Notes under the pieces: generated by a model
Told to the model about the DNA's origin: nothing
The model's input: the letters and a program-made list of their open reading frames with translations, nothing else
The model's database searches: none
Program-made: the position numbers and the translations under genes
From: Lingula anatina
Taxonomy: Eukaryota; Animalia; Brachiopoda
NCBI GenBank assembly: GCA_051362555.1
Contig: CM120641.1
Coordinates: 620,001-684,000 of the forward strand
Reading direction: 5' to 3'
DNA: 64,000 nucleotides
Shown: in pieces, positions 53,851 to 63,927 of the stretch
How positions within the stretch are numbered: position 1 is the stretch's first letter
Layout of the letters: every line of letters starts with the position of its first letter

Positions 53851-54234
53851 AAAACGCAGGTCAAGTTCGAAAATCAGCATGTTTGGGCAATTATTGTAGT
53901 ATTTATGCTGTGTTTTCACTTTTTAGCATATATGCAACACTGTTAACACATTTCAAGGAAAACCGATAGGCCTGTTGTCATGAAACTCACAGGAGTAATT
54001 AATCTTACTAAAACGCAGATCAAGTTCGAAAATCGGCATGATCGGGCCACTATTTTAGTAGTTATGCTGTTTTTTTCACTTTTCAGCATATGTGCAACAC
54101 TGTTAACACATTTCAAGGAAAACCGATAGACCTGTTGTCATGAAACTCACAGGAGTAATTAATCTTACTAAAATGCAGGTCAAGTTCGAAAATCAGCATA
54201 ATCGGGCCATTATTTTATAAGTTATGCTGTTTTT
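53851..54234. repeat. ~160-bp tandem repeat, ~2.4 highly similar copies
   Basis: Unit start aaaa(c/t)gcag(g/a)tcaagttcgaaaatc at 53851, 54010 and 54170. The block tgcaacactgttaacacatttcaaggaaaaccgatag is identical in two copies. Confidence 0.95.
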
Positions 54235-54639
54235 AAACATTTCCTCAGATTCAATTCTTAGGCATGTTAACAGTCTCATCATTTAACTAATAAGATTCGT
54301 AAAAGTGTTTGTTTGACATTTCCTGCATCTTTACAACATTGTTAGTTGATTATGTAAAAATGATGGTAAACTTGTTATCATGTATTGTATAATAGAGTTT
54401 CAAAAATGGAAATAAACTCATATCATTGCAGTTTGTCAGATTCATTCATTCACTATGTTCAGAAACTCAGAATGGAGGAAATTGGACATTAAACACTGTT
54501 CTATTGATATTTTTCCCATCTCATCAATTTTCTTAGTTGATCATATATAAATGGCAGTAAATTGTTAATTTTGTTATATGTTAAAAAATTGTTAAAAATG
54601 GAAAAAAACACATTTCAGGACAGTGCTGTCTTGTCTACA

Positions 54640-55840
54640 TTTTGGCATTTTCAAGGTGTGACTTTGAAGTTCCTTTGGCCTGAAGACCTTTGCTAGGAAC
54701 ATTTTCTGAATATCCATGATACTAATATTTTATTATTAAAAATTGATGGTAATTATCCTGTTAAACATTATGTAATAGTGCATCAAAATTTGAAGACACC
54801 CCAAAATTTGAAAATACCCCTATTTTGGACACTGCTCCCATGATGACCATTTAAGGAAAACCATGTCACTTACTGTTCTCAAACTTACAGGAAGAAACAT
54901 GGGACTTAAATAAAGCTTCAGTGGGCAATGCAGACTATTTGGTAAATTTTTCTGGCAGTTAATCAGTTTTTTGTGAAAATTTAATTTTTCACATATTGGC
55001 ATTTTCAAGGTGTGACTTAGAACCTCCACGAGCTTGAAGACCCATGCTAATCACATTTTCTAAAAATCCACGATACGGATCTTTTATTATTAAAAACTGA
55101 TGGTCATTATGCTGTTAAGCATTATGTAATATTGCATTAAAATAGAAGAAAACACAATTTTGGGTGCTGCTGCCATGATGACCATTATGGGAAAACCATG
55201 TTACTTATGATTGTCAAACTTTCAAAAAAGAAACAAAAGACTAAAATGCAGCCTGAGTTGGAAAAGCAGTCTAATTGGCTTCTTTTTCTGGAAGTTATAC
55301 ATTTTAGTGAAATATTCATTATTATCGTGTTGGCATATTCATTGTGGGACTCGGAGCTCCCATGAACATGAAGCTGAATGGTAATCAAATTTTCTACATG
55401 TCCATGCTATTTATAGTCAATAATCAAAAATTGGTGATAATTATTCTGTAATTTATTATGTAATGTTACATCAAAATTGACAAAAATCTTTTTGCACTGC
55501 TACTACAAACATTATGAAAAGAAAACTATGTTACTTATTATTATTTTCAACTTACAAGTATGATTTGTAGGATTGGCATGCAGTTCAAATTAGAAAGCCA
55601 GCTCAAATGGGTTATCATTTATTATTGAATTTAAGCAGTTTTATGTGAAATTTTCATTTTTCTCATTCTGGCATTTTCAAAGTGTGAACTTAAACTCCCA
55701 TGGGCCTGAAGCCTTACGCTTGTTACACATTTCACTTACATTGGTATTACCTGTTGAGCATAATTAAAATTTGATGTTGAATTTGCAGTTAAGCATAATG
55801 TACTTTTGCATCAGAATTGACAGTAGCCTGTTTTGTGCAT
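54640..55840. repeat. Diverged ~335-355-bp tandem repeat, ~3.5 copies
   Basis: tggcattttcaaggtgtgact-like anchors at 54643, 54997, 55331 and 55669, with shared cattatgtaat..gcatcaaaatt and gaaaaccatgt.actta blocks. Confidence 0.8.
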
Positions 55841-56286
55841 TGTTATTGTCTGCTTTTTGTCTGTACATTTGACAGCTTTGCTGCCTTGTTTTGTTTATAA
55901 TGACTTAATTTTACAACTTACTGAAAAAATATGTAAATAGTAAATTGATAATTTACAAACTGTTTTATTTTGTATTATTTCATCAAAAGAAATTCAAGAC
56001 GTGGAATCTTGTGGTGTTTATATATTGATACTAATATCTTGTATTGAAGGAATTTCTGTTAAGAGTGTGACTAAAGCAATTTGTTATTGCAGACAGTATG
56101 TATACACATTTTTGGCAAATGTATTTTTCATAAAAAATTACATTTTCCTCAAGAAATAATTTGAATAAAAATTTTTTTGGGTAATAAAAGAGAGGCACAA
56201 CATTTGCTATTTTTTCTGTATGATTTTGATTATTATGCTTTAACTTTTGTGGAAAAACTTGACAACATATTTTTCAATCTTTCCAG

Positions 56287-56528
56287 GTCTCCAAGCTATG
56301 CCAGGGGATATGTATGGTATGCCCCCTGCCAGCAGTTCCTATAGCAACATGTCCCAATTGCGTCCTCCTGTCCACTCGCAAGCCATGCTCATTCCAGGCC
56401 ACCCGCATCACATGATGATGGGGCATGGCGGCCATCTTGGACCCCCATCGATGTTGGACCCCCAAAATCCACAACTTCATGGAGGTTTAGAGAGTATGGC
56501 ACATATACAAGATATCCATGCAGGATAA
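56287..56528 (+). CDS. Meis: Meis terminal coding exon (GLQAMPGDMYGMPP...QLRPPVHSQAMLIPGHPHHMMMGHGG...QDIHAG*)
   Basis: Acceptor tctttccag ends at 56286, phase 1, TAA at 56526-56528. Matches the long Meis C-terminus pattern GLQSMPG...QLR..PP.H...IPGHPHH...MDIHAQ. Confidence 0.95.
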
Positions 56529-59500
56529 GTTGTGAACCCCATATCAGCAATAAAAGAAAGTTTAAGTTAAAATGAAGATTGTGAGGAATCACTTGGACTG
56601 TTGAAGGAGACTGTTTTCAAGTTTTTTTTTTGCAAACAGGGCTCATTTTAATTTCATCCAAAGGGATTTATCCAGGAAGCATGGGGGTCATGCTGCATTG
56701 TTCTGTTAGTCCATTAGCAGGAGTGAGGGTGGACAAGAAGAGAGAGATATAGTGCTCAAATCATTTTCCCTAGTCAACAGTGAACCATATACAGACAATG
56801 AACAAAGTTTTGTAATTATTATTATTTTGATGAAGAAGGAGAAGAAAAGAAGACGAGGAAGAGGGAGATGAACTTTACAGAAAAAAATATATATACAAAA
56901 TACCTAATAGGGAGGAGACATTTATTTTTCTGATGCTGAATATTTGTAGATCACTTAAAAATATTAGATAAAAAGAAAAAACAAGCATTATTGACTCCAG
57001 CAGAACCATGTCATTTTATATAGGTGCAAGATTTTTTTTTACTTGTGTATACTAGTGTTGTGATAAGGTGCTGGAACTTACTTCCAATCACAAGGTCTTA
57101 ATTGCTCTTTGCTTGCAGCAATACTTTTAGATCCATTTATACGTATAAACAATAACTCTTTCTCATGAAGTAAAAAAAGAGGGGGGCCGACCTGACATGT
57201 TTAGTGGCATCATCTTATGCAATATGTTCACTGAAACTTTCCTATTTGAAGCTTTCCTGCCAACCTTTGAAGGAACTTGGGTGTCGCCACATTTTTACAC
57301 AATTTCAGACATGCTGCTGATGCCTTTAGATACCTTTTTGCTGCTTTAAACTAAAACAGAACGCATGTCAAAGTTTCCATAGAAACGATGAGCTGTAGGG
57401 GAGGCACCTGGCACCAGCTTGGTCATTCCTGTTAAAGTTTGTAACACTTCCACAAATGAAACAGTTGGCAAAACTATGTTGCTTACAGCAGAAAATCACA
57501 CATAGGCCTATGTGTATATACATAAATACAATTAATTCACAGAGGTTAAGCGGTAGTTAACAATTTATGCTCTGAGCTGTAGCTCACCAGACATTGCCTG
57601 AAGTTGCAGCCTGCTGCCACAAAATGTCAAGCACAGCATTGAACTTCAGCGGTAACAGATGATGCCAGGGCCAGGACTTATACAATGACAATATAAACTA
57701 ACACAATAATGATTAGAAAAGTAATAGGATTACAGTGATGATATATGTTTTTTTGTGCCTAGCATTAAATGCATATTTATTGTGTGGAACCTCCGGGCAT
57801 TTTTTGGCTCCATTCCTGTAAAGCAATTCTATGGCACAAGTAGTCATTCAGTGAGACTCTGTCAGTCTCCCAATGTCTCTAGTTTTTACATGTAAATAGA
57901 GAGGTACAAGTGTACATAAGTGACAATCTCATTCAGTATGAACGCAAGCACTGGAGAGGAGGAGGAAAACTTCGGTGACAGATCAGATCAGAGTATTACT
58001 CTTTTTCTCAGTGAGAAAGGAAAATGAGATCTCTCTGGCAGCCATCATAGGCCTGTGATGTTGTCTGTTTCAACCCACAGGGCCTTAAACCATGGTTGAG
58101 CCATTTTTTGTGGAAAAATATATAGAATGGCATGCAATAAAAATTAAAAGATGGTTTTATTCACATTCAAGACAATAATATGAGCGTACAAAAATCCGAT
58201 TACAGTTTGGAGTGATATTTCGGGAGGGGTCTTTCGAGATAGAGGGAAAAAAAATGCTTGTTTTTAAAAGATGTATTGCATTGGTTTTGAATTTATTTGT
58301 CTTTAATGTCCATTAATGCTGTCATTGATTTATTATTTCCATATAAGACTGTCACTGAATTATTATTTTTAAGTTTCTAACTAATTTTCTTCATGGCAAG
58401 ACTGTCCAAAACCCCTGTTGTCTGCGGGGAAATAAGAGCACCCTGGGTTTCAGAAACATGTTTCAGACTTACATCTTCAGCGGGGCATGTCTGTCTCACC
58501 CTTTAGAAATCTGAAACTCGGGGGCAGAGGGTTTGACTTTTGGTTGCTTTTTTCAGGTCACATGGGTGGTCACATGAGTGGTCACATGAGTGGTCATTTG
58601 AGTGGTCATTTGAGTGGTCACATACTAGTGGTCACATACTAGTGCACTTTTCCATTATTTTTTCTCTCACGTCTTGTTGTCCCATTCTTCATGTTAAATC
58701 AGCATTTTCAAAGGTGATGTCAGTTAAGATTTAATGGCAATTTACCTGCATTGTAATAAACATAAATTTTGTTTAATTCTAATTGTGCTGTTATTGTATA
58801 TGTTTCTAGTTTTTGGGGGGAATGGTTGTGAAACTGTCATCAACTTGTACAGTTTTAGTCTTAGATGCAGTATTATCGTAGAGTGGACAGGATTTGGCCA
58901 TTTTTTTAGAAGTTGCATCAGCTTCTATCTATGTACTCTTTTTTCCTTTATTTTTTCTTATTTCTCCTTTTATTTATTTTCTTTATTATAATTTTTTTGC
59001 CTTACAAAATGTTATTATATTTGGTTGAAAGGAAACAGTATTAGACGTAGTGTTTATCAGTTATAGGAAACTTGGCAGATAGTGAGGGCTACTGGCATAC
59101 ACGTGTATATTTATATACAGACGCTAGAAACCCAGATTAGACTATACAACGGCACACTTTGAGTTTAGAACTAAAATGAATAGAATGCATTATTTTTAAG
59201 CAATTTATTGAACCAAAGATTTCAACAGTCCTTGATCTGTTGAATAGAGGGGAGATGCTGATGTAGACTTAGATACCTGGTGAGGAAAGTATTTTTAAAA
59301 CAAGCTCTGTCTTTGTAGGGACATTCTCTAACTTCTCCCATTCTCTTTTGAAGTCGACATTTTTGTCAAACTTCGTTTGAGACACAGTGTTGACAAGGGT
59401 AAATGTAGCTGCGGATAGATAGGGGGGGATGCAGTTTTCTTTGAAGTTTGAATTTGACAAGCATTACTTTTCCCAGTCATGATTCGAATATGCCAAGAAA

Positions 59501-59860
59501 AAACAGAATTACATGAAGTTGCACAAAAATGTGTTTATTAGATGTCTGTCTGATGTTTTAGTTAAATGGGCAGTAGCTTGACTTTCATGTGCAGTACGAT
59601 AGATGCTGTTTATCTTTTCTTAAAATGACTGATATTATTATTATTTTTAGATAACACAAGAACTTTATTCTAGTCTGGAATTTGCTTCAATAACATGGTA
59701 AACAGGTACTAGGATTCGATAACATTTTGTTAAAAATCTATTGCTACTGATTTGAATTTGAAAGTCGGATGTCCCAAGGACTTAAAAATACAGAAATTGT
59801 TTCACCGACTAGTGCTAATGTTTTAGACAATAAAGGGTGAAAGTTGATTCTATGCCAAGT
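56529..59860 (+). other. Probable long Meis 3' UTR with alternative poly(A) signals
   Basis: AATAAA at 56549, 58136, 58755 and 59829. Pumilio elements and miRNA seed matches are present, and CpG depletion continues to ~59.9 kb. The true end is unknown. Confidence 0.5.
58556..58643. repeat. Minisatellite: five 12-bp units (GGTCACATGAGT variants) plus two 14-bp units (GGTCACATACTAGT)
   Basis: Read directly from the sequence. Confidence 0.95.
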
Positions 59861-60176
59861 TTTGATCAATCCGCTATTAAAACTGATAAAAATTAGAATA
59901 TTTTTATGTTTAGTCACATCCATGGTGCTTTAGACTTGCTTGTAAGATATGCGTATGTAATACTCGCTGGAGTCCTTGGTGTTAACTGTGTGCCGTTTCT
60001 TTAATAATTTGAGAGGGGTATTAAGGCAAACTTTTAAGAAATTACTATAATTTGTACACTATGTATTATATTTAATCTTTATCTATGCGCAGTGGTTATT
60101 CCTATGTTATTGTGTTAATAGCATTTTGATTGATAACTATGTTATGGTGGTTTCAGAAACATTGAAGCATTGGAAA

Positions 60177-60382
60177 GATATTCCATAGGATTCCAAGGGC
60201 GTTTTATTGTTGTTATTATTGTACACTGTTCCTATGGAAGTTTTTGTTGTTTTCAGGTGGTTAAAAAATCAACCAAAATTAATGATAAGTTCCCAACTTT
60301 ATTATTTCAAATGTTATGTCTGTCCTTACGTTTATAATATTATTCTTATATTGTAGTGTCCTGTGGGGTTCTATGGAATATC
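60177..60382. mobile_element. Small MITE-like element with 12-bp terminal inverted repeats
   Basis: GATATTCCATAG (60177-60188) and CTATGGAATATC (60371-60382), with an additional internal inverted copy TCCTATGGAA (60230-60239). Confidence 0.4.
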
Positions 60383-61248
60383 GTACCGTTTTGTAAGAAA
60401 GATCATATACCTCATCCAGCATTCTTTGAACATTGTATAGGAAAGCAGCATAGAAAGAAAATAAAACCATATCATAACGGTTTAGTCTGATGTTTGAAAA
60501 TAAATAATTATAAAACCGAAGTGTGGAGCTGATGGTATAGACTATTGTAGACAGACCCACGTAGATAAATGACCGAACTTTTGCTGCAATCTTTAAGAAC
60601 AGGTCTTTGAAATAAAAAGTCAAACCATTTTGCATCTTGTTGCCGCTTTTATTTCGTGATGATTTCCACTCTGACGCGCAGTTGAAAAATGACAATGGCG
60701 GTTAAATGTCAAAGACAAAGGCATTCCTCACGCTCTTTTGTCTTGAGATAGAAAACGGGACGGTGGGAAGAAAAGTGGCTTTCACCAAGAGAAAAGAAGC
60801 TCATACCTCTCATAAACACAGTTTGTGTATGGAAAGGGAACTATCTTTGTGGTCCTAACCAATTTTTTACCTTTAAAAACCTCGGTAGAATTAACATGTT
60901 GCACCAAGATGAGAACATAAAGACGTCATTTGCGACCTTAAAGATGAAATAATGCCCCAATTTTAATACCCATTTAAAGATTTTTCAAGTGTGAATCGAT
61001 TTTTAACCGTCCTTGCATCTTCTTCTAAGATGCGACAGTTCAATAGAAAACAAAAACGTGCGCCGAGTTTGAAAGTAAAATGCTGCTAGGCTTTTCTTTG
61101 ACAAATCCAACCGTAAAATGACTGTATGTTCATTAAAGGATTTTTCAAGTCTGGTTTGTGTTTTCTGTGTCGTTTTTCTTCGCCAAAAATGCGACAAAGG
61201 TATGAGTTAATCACGACGCGACAATTGATCGTACATTCATCTTCCATT

Positions 61249-61249
<1 letters not shown>

Positions 61250-61295
<46 letters not shown>
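61250..61295. repeat. (CT)n microsatellite
   Basis: Read directly from the sequence. Confidence 0.97.
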
Positions 61296-61297
<2 letters not shown>

Positions 61298-63128
61298 GTG
61301 ACGATGATAATCTAAAAAAATACAAAATGAACATGGAAAGTCTGATATTTTAATACTTAAAAGTGCTAGTGTTTCAGAAAAATGGCAATATTTTGAAAAA
61401 TCTTCAAAAGGAGACAAAAAGGCTGTCTTTGTTTTAAATGTTGTTAACAATTTTCTGAAGAAAGAAAATATTCTACATAATTTTTCTTTTACTTTTTGAT
61501 TAGGCTTGTCTGAATGTTTTTTCTTCGATAGTTTTTAAAATGTTCACATTGATTTGTCGCCATAACACTTCCATGAAATTTTTTTTCCAACGACCACGGT
61601 CTTTCAAAGATCTTGAAAAAATTAAACATTTCACGGGAGAATTGTGAACAGTAAATGTTAATTGAATATGTAGTCAAACGTCGATTTTTTTTCTTTGCTT
61701 CCACAAGTATAAACAGATAGTGCTATAAACACTATATAAGGCATTAGAGATAGGCCTACCAAATGGCGTTTTTTTTTATTCCAATTTTTTATTTTCATTT
61801 ATTTTTCTGTACTATTAAACAGCATGAATATTAAAATTACTTAATATATTTTATCACACATGTATTAAGGCATAAAGCAATCTATGTGAAAAATAAAGCA
61901 GGCCTACCTTCAAAGGGGAGACAATAACTTTTTATTTTTTGTTTTTTCACGTAAATGAATAACTTGTCATTTGAAAAGTTTTTAGCACGAATGTCGTAAT
62001 GTATAATTCAACATTGAATTATCACCTGGCGCTGTTTACTCCCAAAGGAAACTATTTCGTAACATCAGCGAAGATACATAGAAATCGTTTGTGAAGAAAG
62101 ACTCCAACATTAAACAGCGTGTTTTCAGCGATATTGAACACGCGCAAGATTTTTAAAATAAACTTTTCATGTAACTGGTTATAATTTCCCCAAATACGTA
62201 AATGCTCAACTGTTGTTACGTCTACTTAAAACCACACAGTGTATTATTTCCTATTAGTGATCTCGGGATATTAACGGCGTTGCATTATTTCCTTTATTAT
62301 ATGACCTTCTGTAATAAAAAATTCCGTATTGCCATGTAACGATCATAAACTGTCACAGCATACGTATATACCAGTATTAAAATACAGAGTGTCCGCCCTT
62401 TATAAGATACATACAGGGCAGGGTTAGCTGACGTAAGAGGGTGAAAATCTCGGACGTCCCCGAATCCTGTATCACAAGGGATTTTTTCGTTTGTGATCCC
62501 TTGTTTCTGTCTTTTCACATGGCTGGAACTTTTAAGAAAAGTCAAAATGTTGATTTCATGTGAAACACCACATTTTTGTCACGATGTAGGATAAATTTAA
62601 CAGGGGGTGAATGCTGGAACTCTTTTTCTTTATTTTTTCCCCTTTTTATGTTGTTTTATAACATTTTCAGTGCATCAGGATTTTATTTTGCGACCAATGA
62701 GGCCAATCAAATCATTTATCAGAATGAAATGAAGATGAAAATGATTAGACTTTTGTTTGAAATTTGGATTTCAAGATCAGAAGCAAAGTTGTTACGAAAC
62801 GACCCTCAAAAATTGAAAATAAGCGACATTTTATTTGACTACTAAAGGCTCGATTACGTACGTGACCTTCTCTAAGAGAGACAATCTTTTCATTTTTCCA
62901 AAACAAATGACACTAGCATCCTGAAAAACGCTTATTTCAGGAAATTATTCACGCTAAACGAGACTGCAATAAGGTTAAAAGGCCAGCGTTGCCAAGTCAT
63001 AATGATCTGTGTATTTAGCCAATTTTGTTCATTTCTTCGTTTATATTAGCATTTTTTGTGATAAAAAACACAATGATAACAATGCTCATGTCTCAACTAC
63101 CGCAATGAAACCAACCTGCTAGCCACGA

Positions 63129-63142
63129 GCTCCATCTGGCGG
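63129..63142 (-). promoter_or_regulatory. CTCF-like motif (minus strand CCGCCAGATGGAGC)
   Basis: Close to the CCASYAGRKGGCRS consensus, ~50 bp upstream of ATG 63191. Confidence 0.35.
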
Positions 63143-63190
63143 AGACGGAACGACTGAGCGGGAAAGGAGTAGAAACTTTGGACTGCAAAA

Positions 63191-63258
63191 ATGACATTTA
63201 TTCGCTGGGTCATTTTCTGCCTTTTGATATTCACAAAGAAAAGCAGAGAAACTTGGAG
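63191..63258 (+). CDS. CATSPERE: CATSPER-epsilon-like gene, coding exon 1 (signal peptide MTFIRWVIFCLLIFTKKSRETW-R)
   Basis: ATG in caaaaATG context. Hydrophobic core WVIFCLLIF. Donor GAG|gtaaca at 63259, phase 2. Confidence 0.75.
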
Positions 63259-63589
63259 GTAACAATTTAGTAAGAATTTGATTAGGATTTTTTAAAGTTA
63301 CGAGTATTCAAAATTGAGCGAGAAGATTCTGAAACCACCTGGCATCCTAGCGCATCAATATCTTTTTTTTCTTAGAATTTATCGGAAACTCACTGAATAC
63401 CAGTGTATTTAATAAGGACATGTGATACTCATACTGTTTTGTTGTAAAAGATGTGGCCAGAACAGGGATTAAAAATGCTAGTTCAGAAAATGATATCATT
63501 CAACCACACTTCATGAATTGAATTTCTCAAATTTAACACTGCCAGAATTTACTGATGATTTATGGTGATTTCTGTTTATGATATTTTAG

Positions 63590-63638
63590 ATATGGTAATG
63601 AAATTGGGCAATCAGAACTTTTCAACACAAGAAATCCA
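63590..63638 (+). CDS. CATSPERE: CATSPER-epsilon-like gene, coding exon 2 (R-YGNEIGQSELFNTRNP)
   Basis: Acceptor attttag ends at 63589 and donor gtaagt starts at 63639. Length 49 nt, phase 2 to 0, open frame. Confidence 0.8.
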
Positions 63639-63844
63639 GTAAGTAACACACTCTTGTTGATACTTTCTGTGAAAATCTAGACCTTTAAAGTGTACTCCAT
63701 CATTTTCTGCCAATGCTACATAATATAAACATTGTACTACTACAAGGCTGGTTCTGTAACATAAAAATTTGCATGATTGAAAACAAAAAAATCTGTAGCA
63801 GTAGTGATTGATTTTCAGTGAATCTTTTCTTTGTGATTTGTTAG

Positions 63845-63927
63845 ATCAAGCTAGAGTATTTGGTTGAACAAGATGGAGTAGAGATAGAATGGCACATAAA
63901 TGGAAATTGCGTTGTCTCTAACAAGAG
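63845..63927 (+). CDS. CATSPERE: CATSPER-epsilon-like gene, coding exon 3 (IKLEYLVEQDGVEIEWHINGNCVVSNK)
   Basis: Acceptor tttgttag ends at 63844 and donor AG|gtaaaa starts at 63928. Length 83 nt, phase 0 to 2. The joined peptide keeps WRY, F.TR..IKLEY, EW and C.V.NK as in mammalian CATSPERE (recalled sequence). The gene continues beyond the window. Confidence 0.8.

Larger units (their letters stand above)
53655..55890 (+). mobile_element. Non-autonomous Helentron-type element (HINE/DINE-1-like) with internal tandem arrays
   Basis: Starts at a T-run. Perfect 14-bp hairpin TATGTACAGACACA-GA-TGTGTCTGTACATA (53659-53688), then a (GTCGCC)n microsatellite and internal tandem repeats. The 3' subterminal inverted repeat TGTCTGTACAT (55858-55868) is followed by a short stem-loop GACAGC-TTT-GCTGCC and TTGTT. 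Confidence 0.85.
9520..56528 (+). other. Meis: Meis/homothorax TALE-class homeobox gene, 3' part (multi-exon; 5' exons lie outside the window)
   Basis: Six exons join in frame (phases 0-1-0-2-1-1) to give ...[68 protein letters not shown]..., the MEIS homeodomain with PYP TALE loop and WFIN (I50). The protein ends in ...QDIHAG*, like the long Meis C-terminus. Confidence 0.98.
60400..63190 (+). promoter_or_regulatory. CpG-retaining intergenic block, probable promoter region of the CATSPERE-like gene
   Basis: Hand count gives ~12 CpG in 62221-62520 versus 1 in 56581-56880. The block lies directly upstream of ATG 63191 and may include transposon-derived DNA. Confidence 0.5.

Noticed and set aside
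53851-54234. Repeat-spacer array
   Set aside because: The whole 160-bp unit repeats, so it is a tandem array inside a transposon.
57139-57145. ATACGTA, seed match for miR-iab-8, which targets fly hth
   Set aside because: iab-4/iab-8 are arthropod miRNAs, the host is probably not an arthropod, and this is a single 7-mer.
58556-58643. Possible CRISPR-like array
   Set aside because: The units are head-to-tail with no unique spacers, in a eukaryotic context with no cas genes.
59269-59460. Minus-strand 63-aa ORF with protein-like composition
   Set aside because: It has a TTG start with an in-frame stop two codons upstream, no convincing acceptor and no recognisable homology.
60279-60695. Minus-strand 138-aa ORF with a donor-like GAG|GTATAT near 60410
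   Set aside because: No recognisable family and no partner exons found. A non-coding antisense transcript cannot be excluded.
194-62845. Most short ORFs in the supplied six-frame track
   Set aside because: They lie in introns or UTR of a eukaryotic gene, often start at TTG/GTG, have AT-biased or microsatellite-derived composition and show no recognisable domains. Only 22046..22339, 47003..47233 and 56247..56528 overlap real exons in frame.
61908-62890. Possible DNA transposon starting AAAGGGGAGACAAT
   Set aside because: No matching right-hand inverted repeat or target-site duplication could be found.
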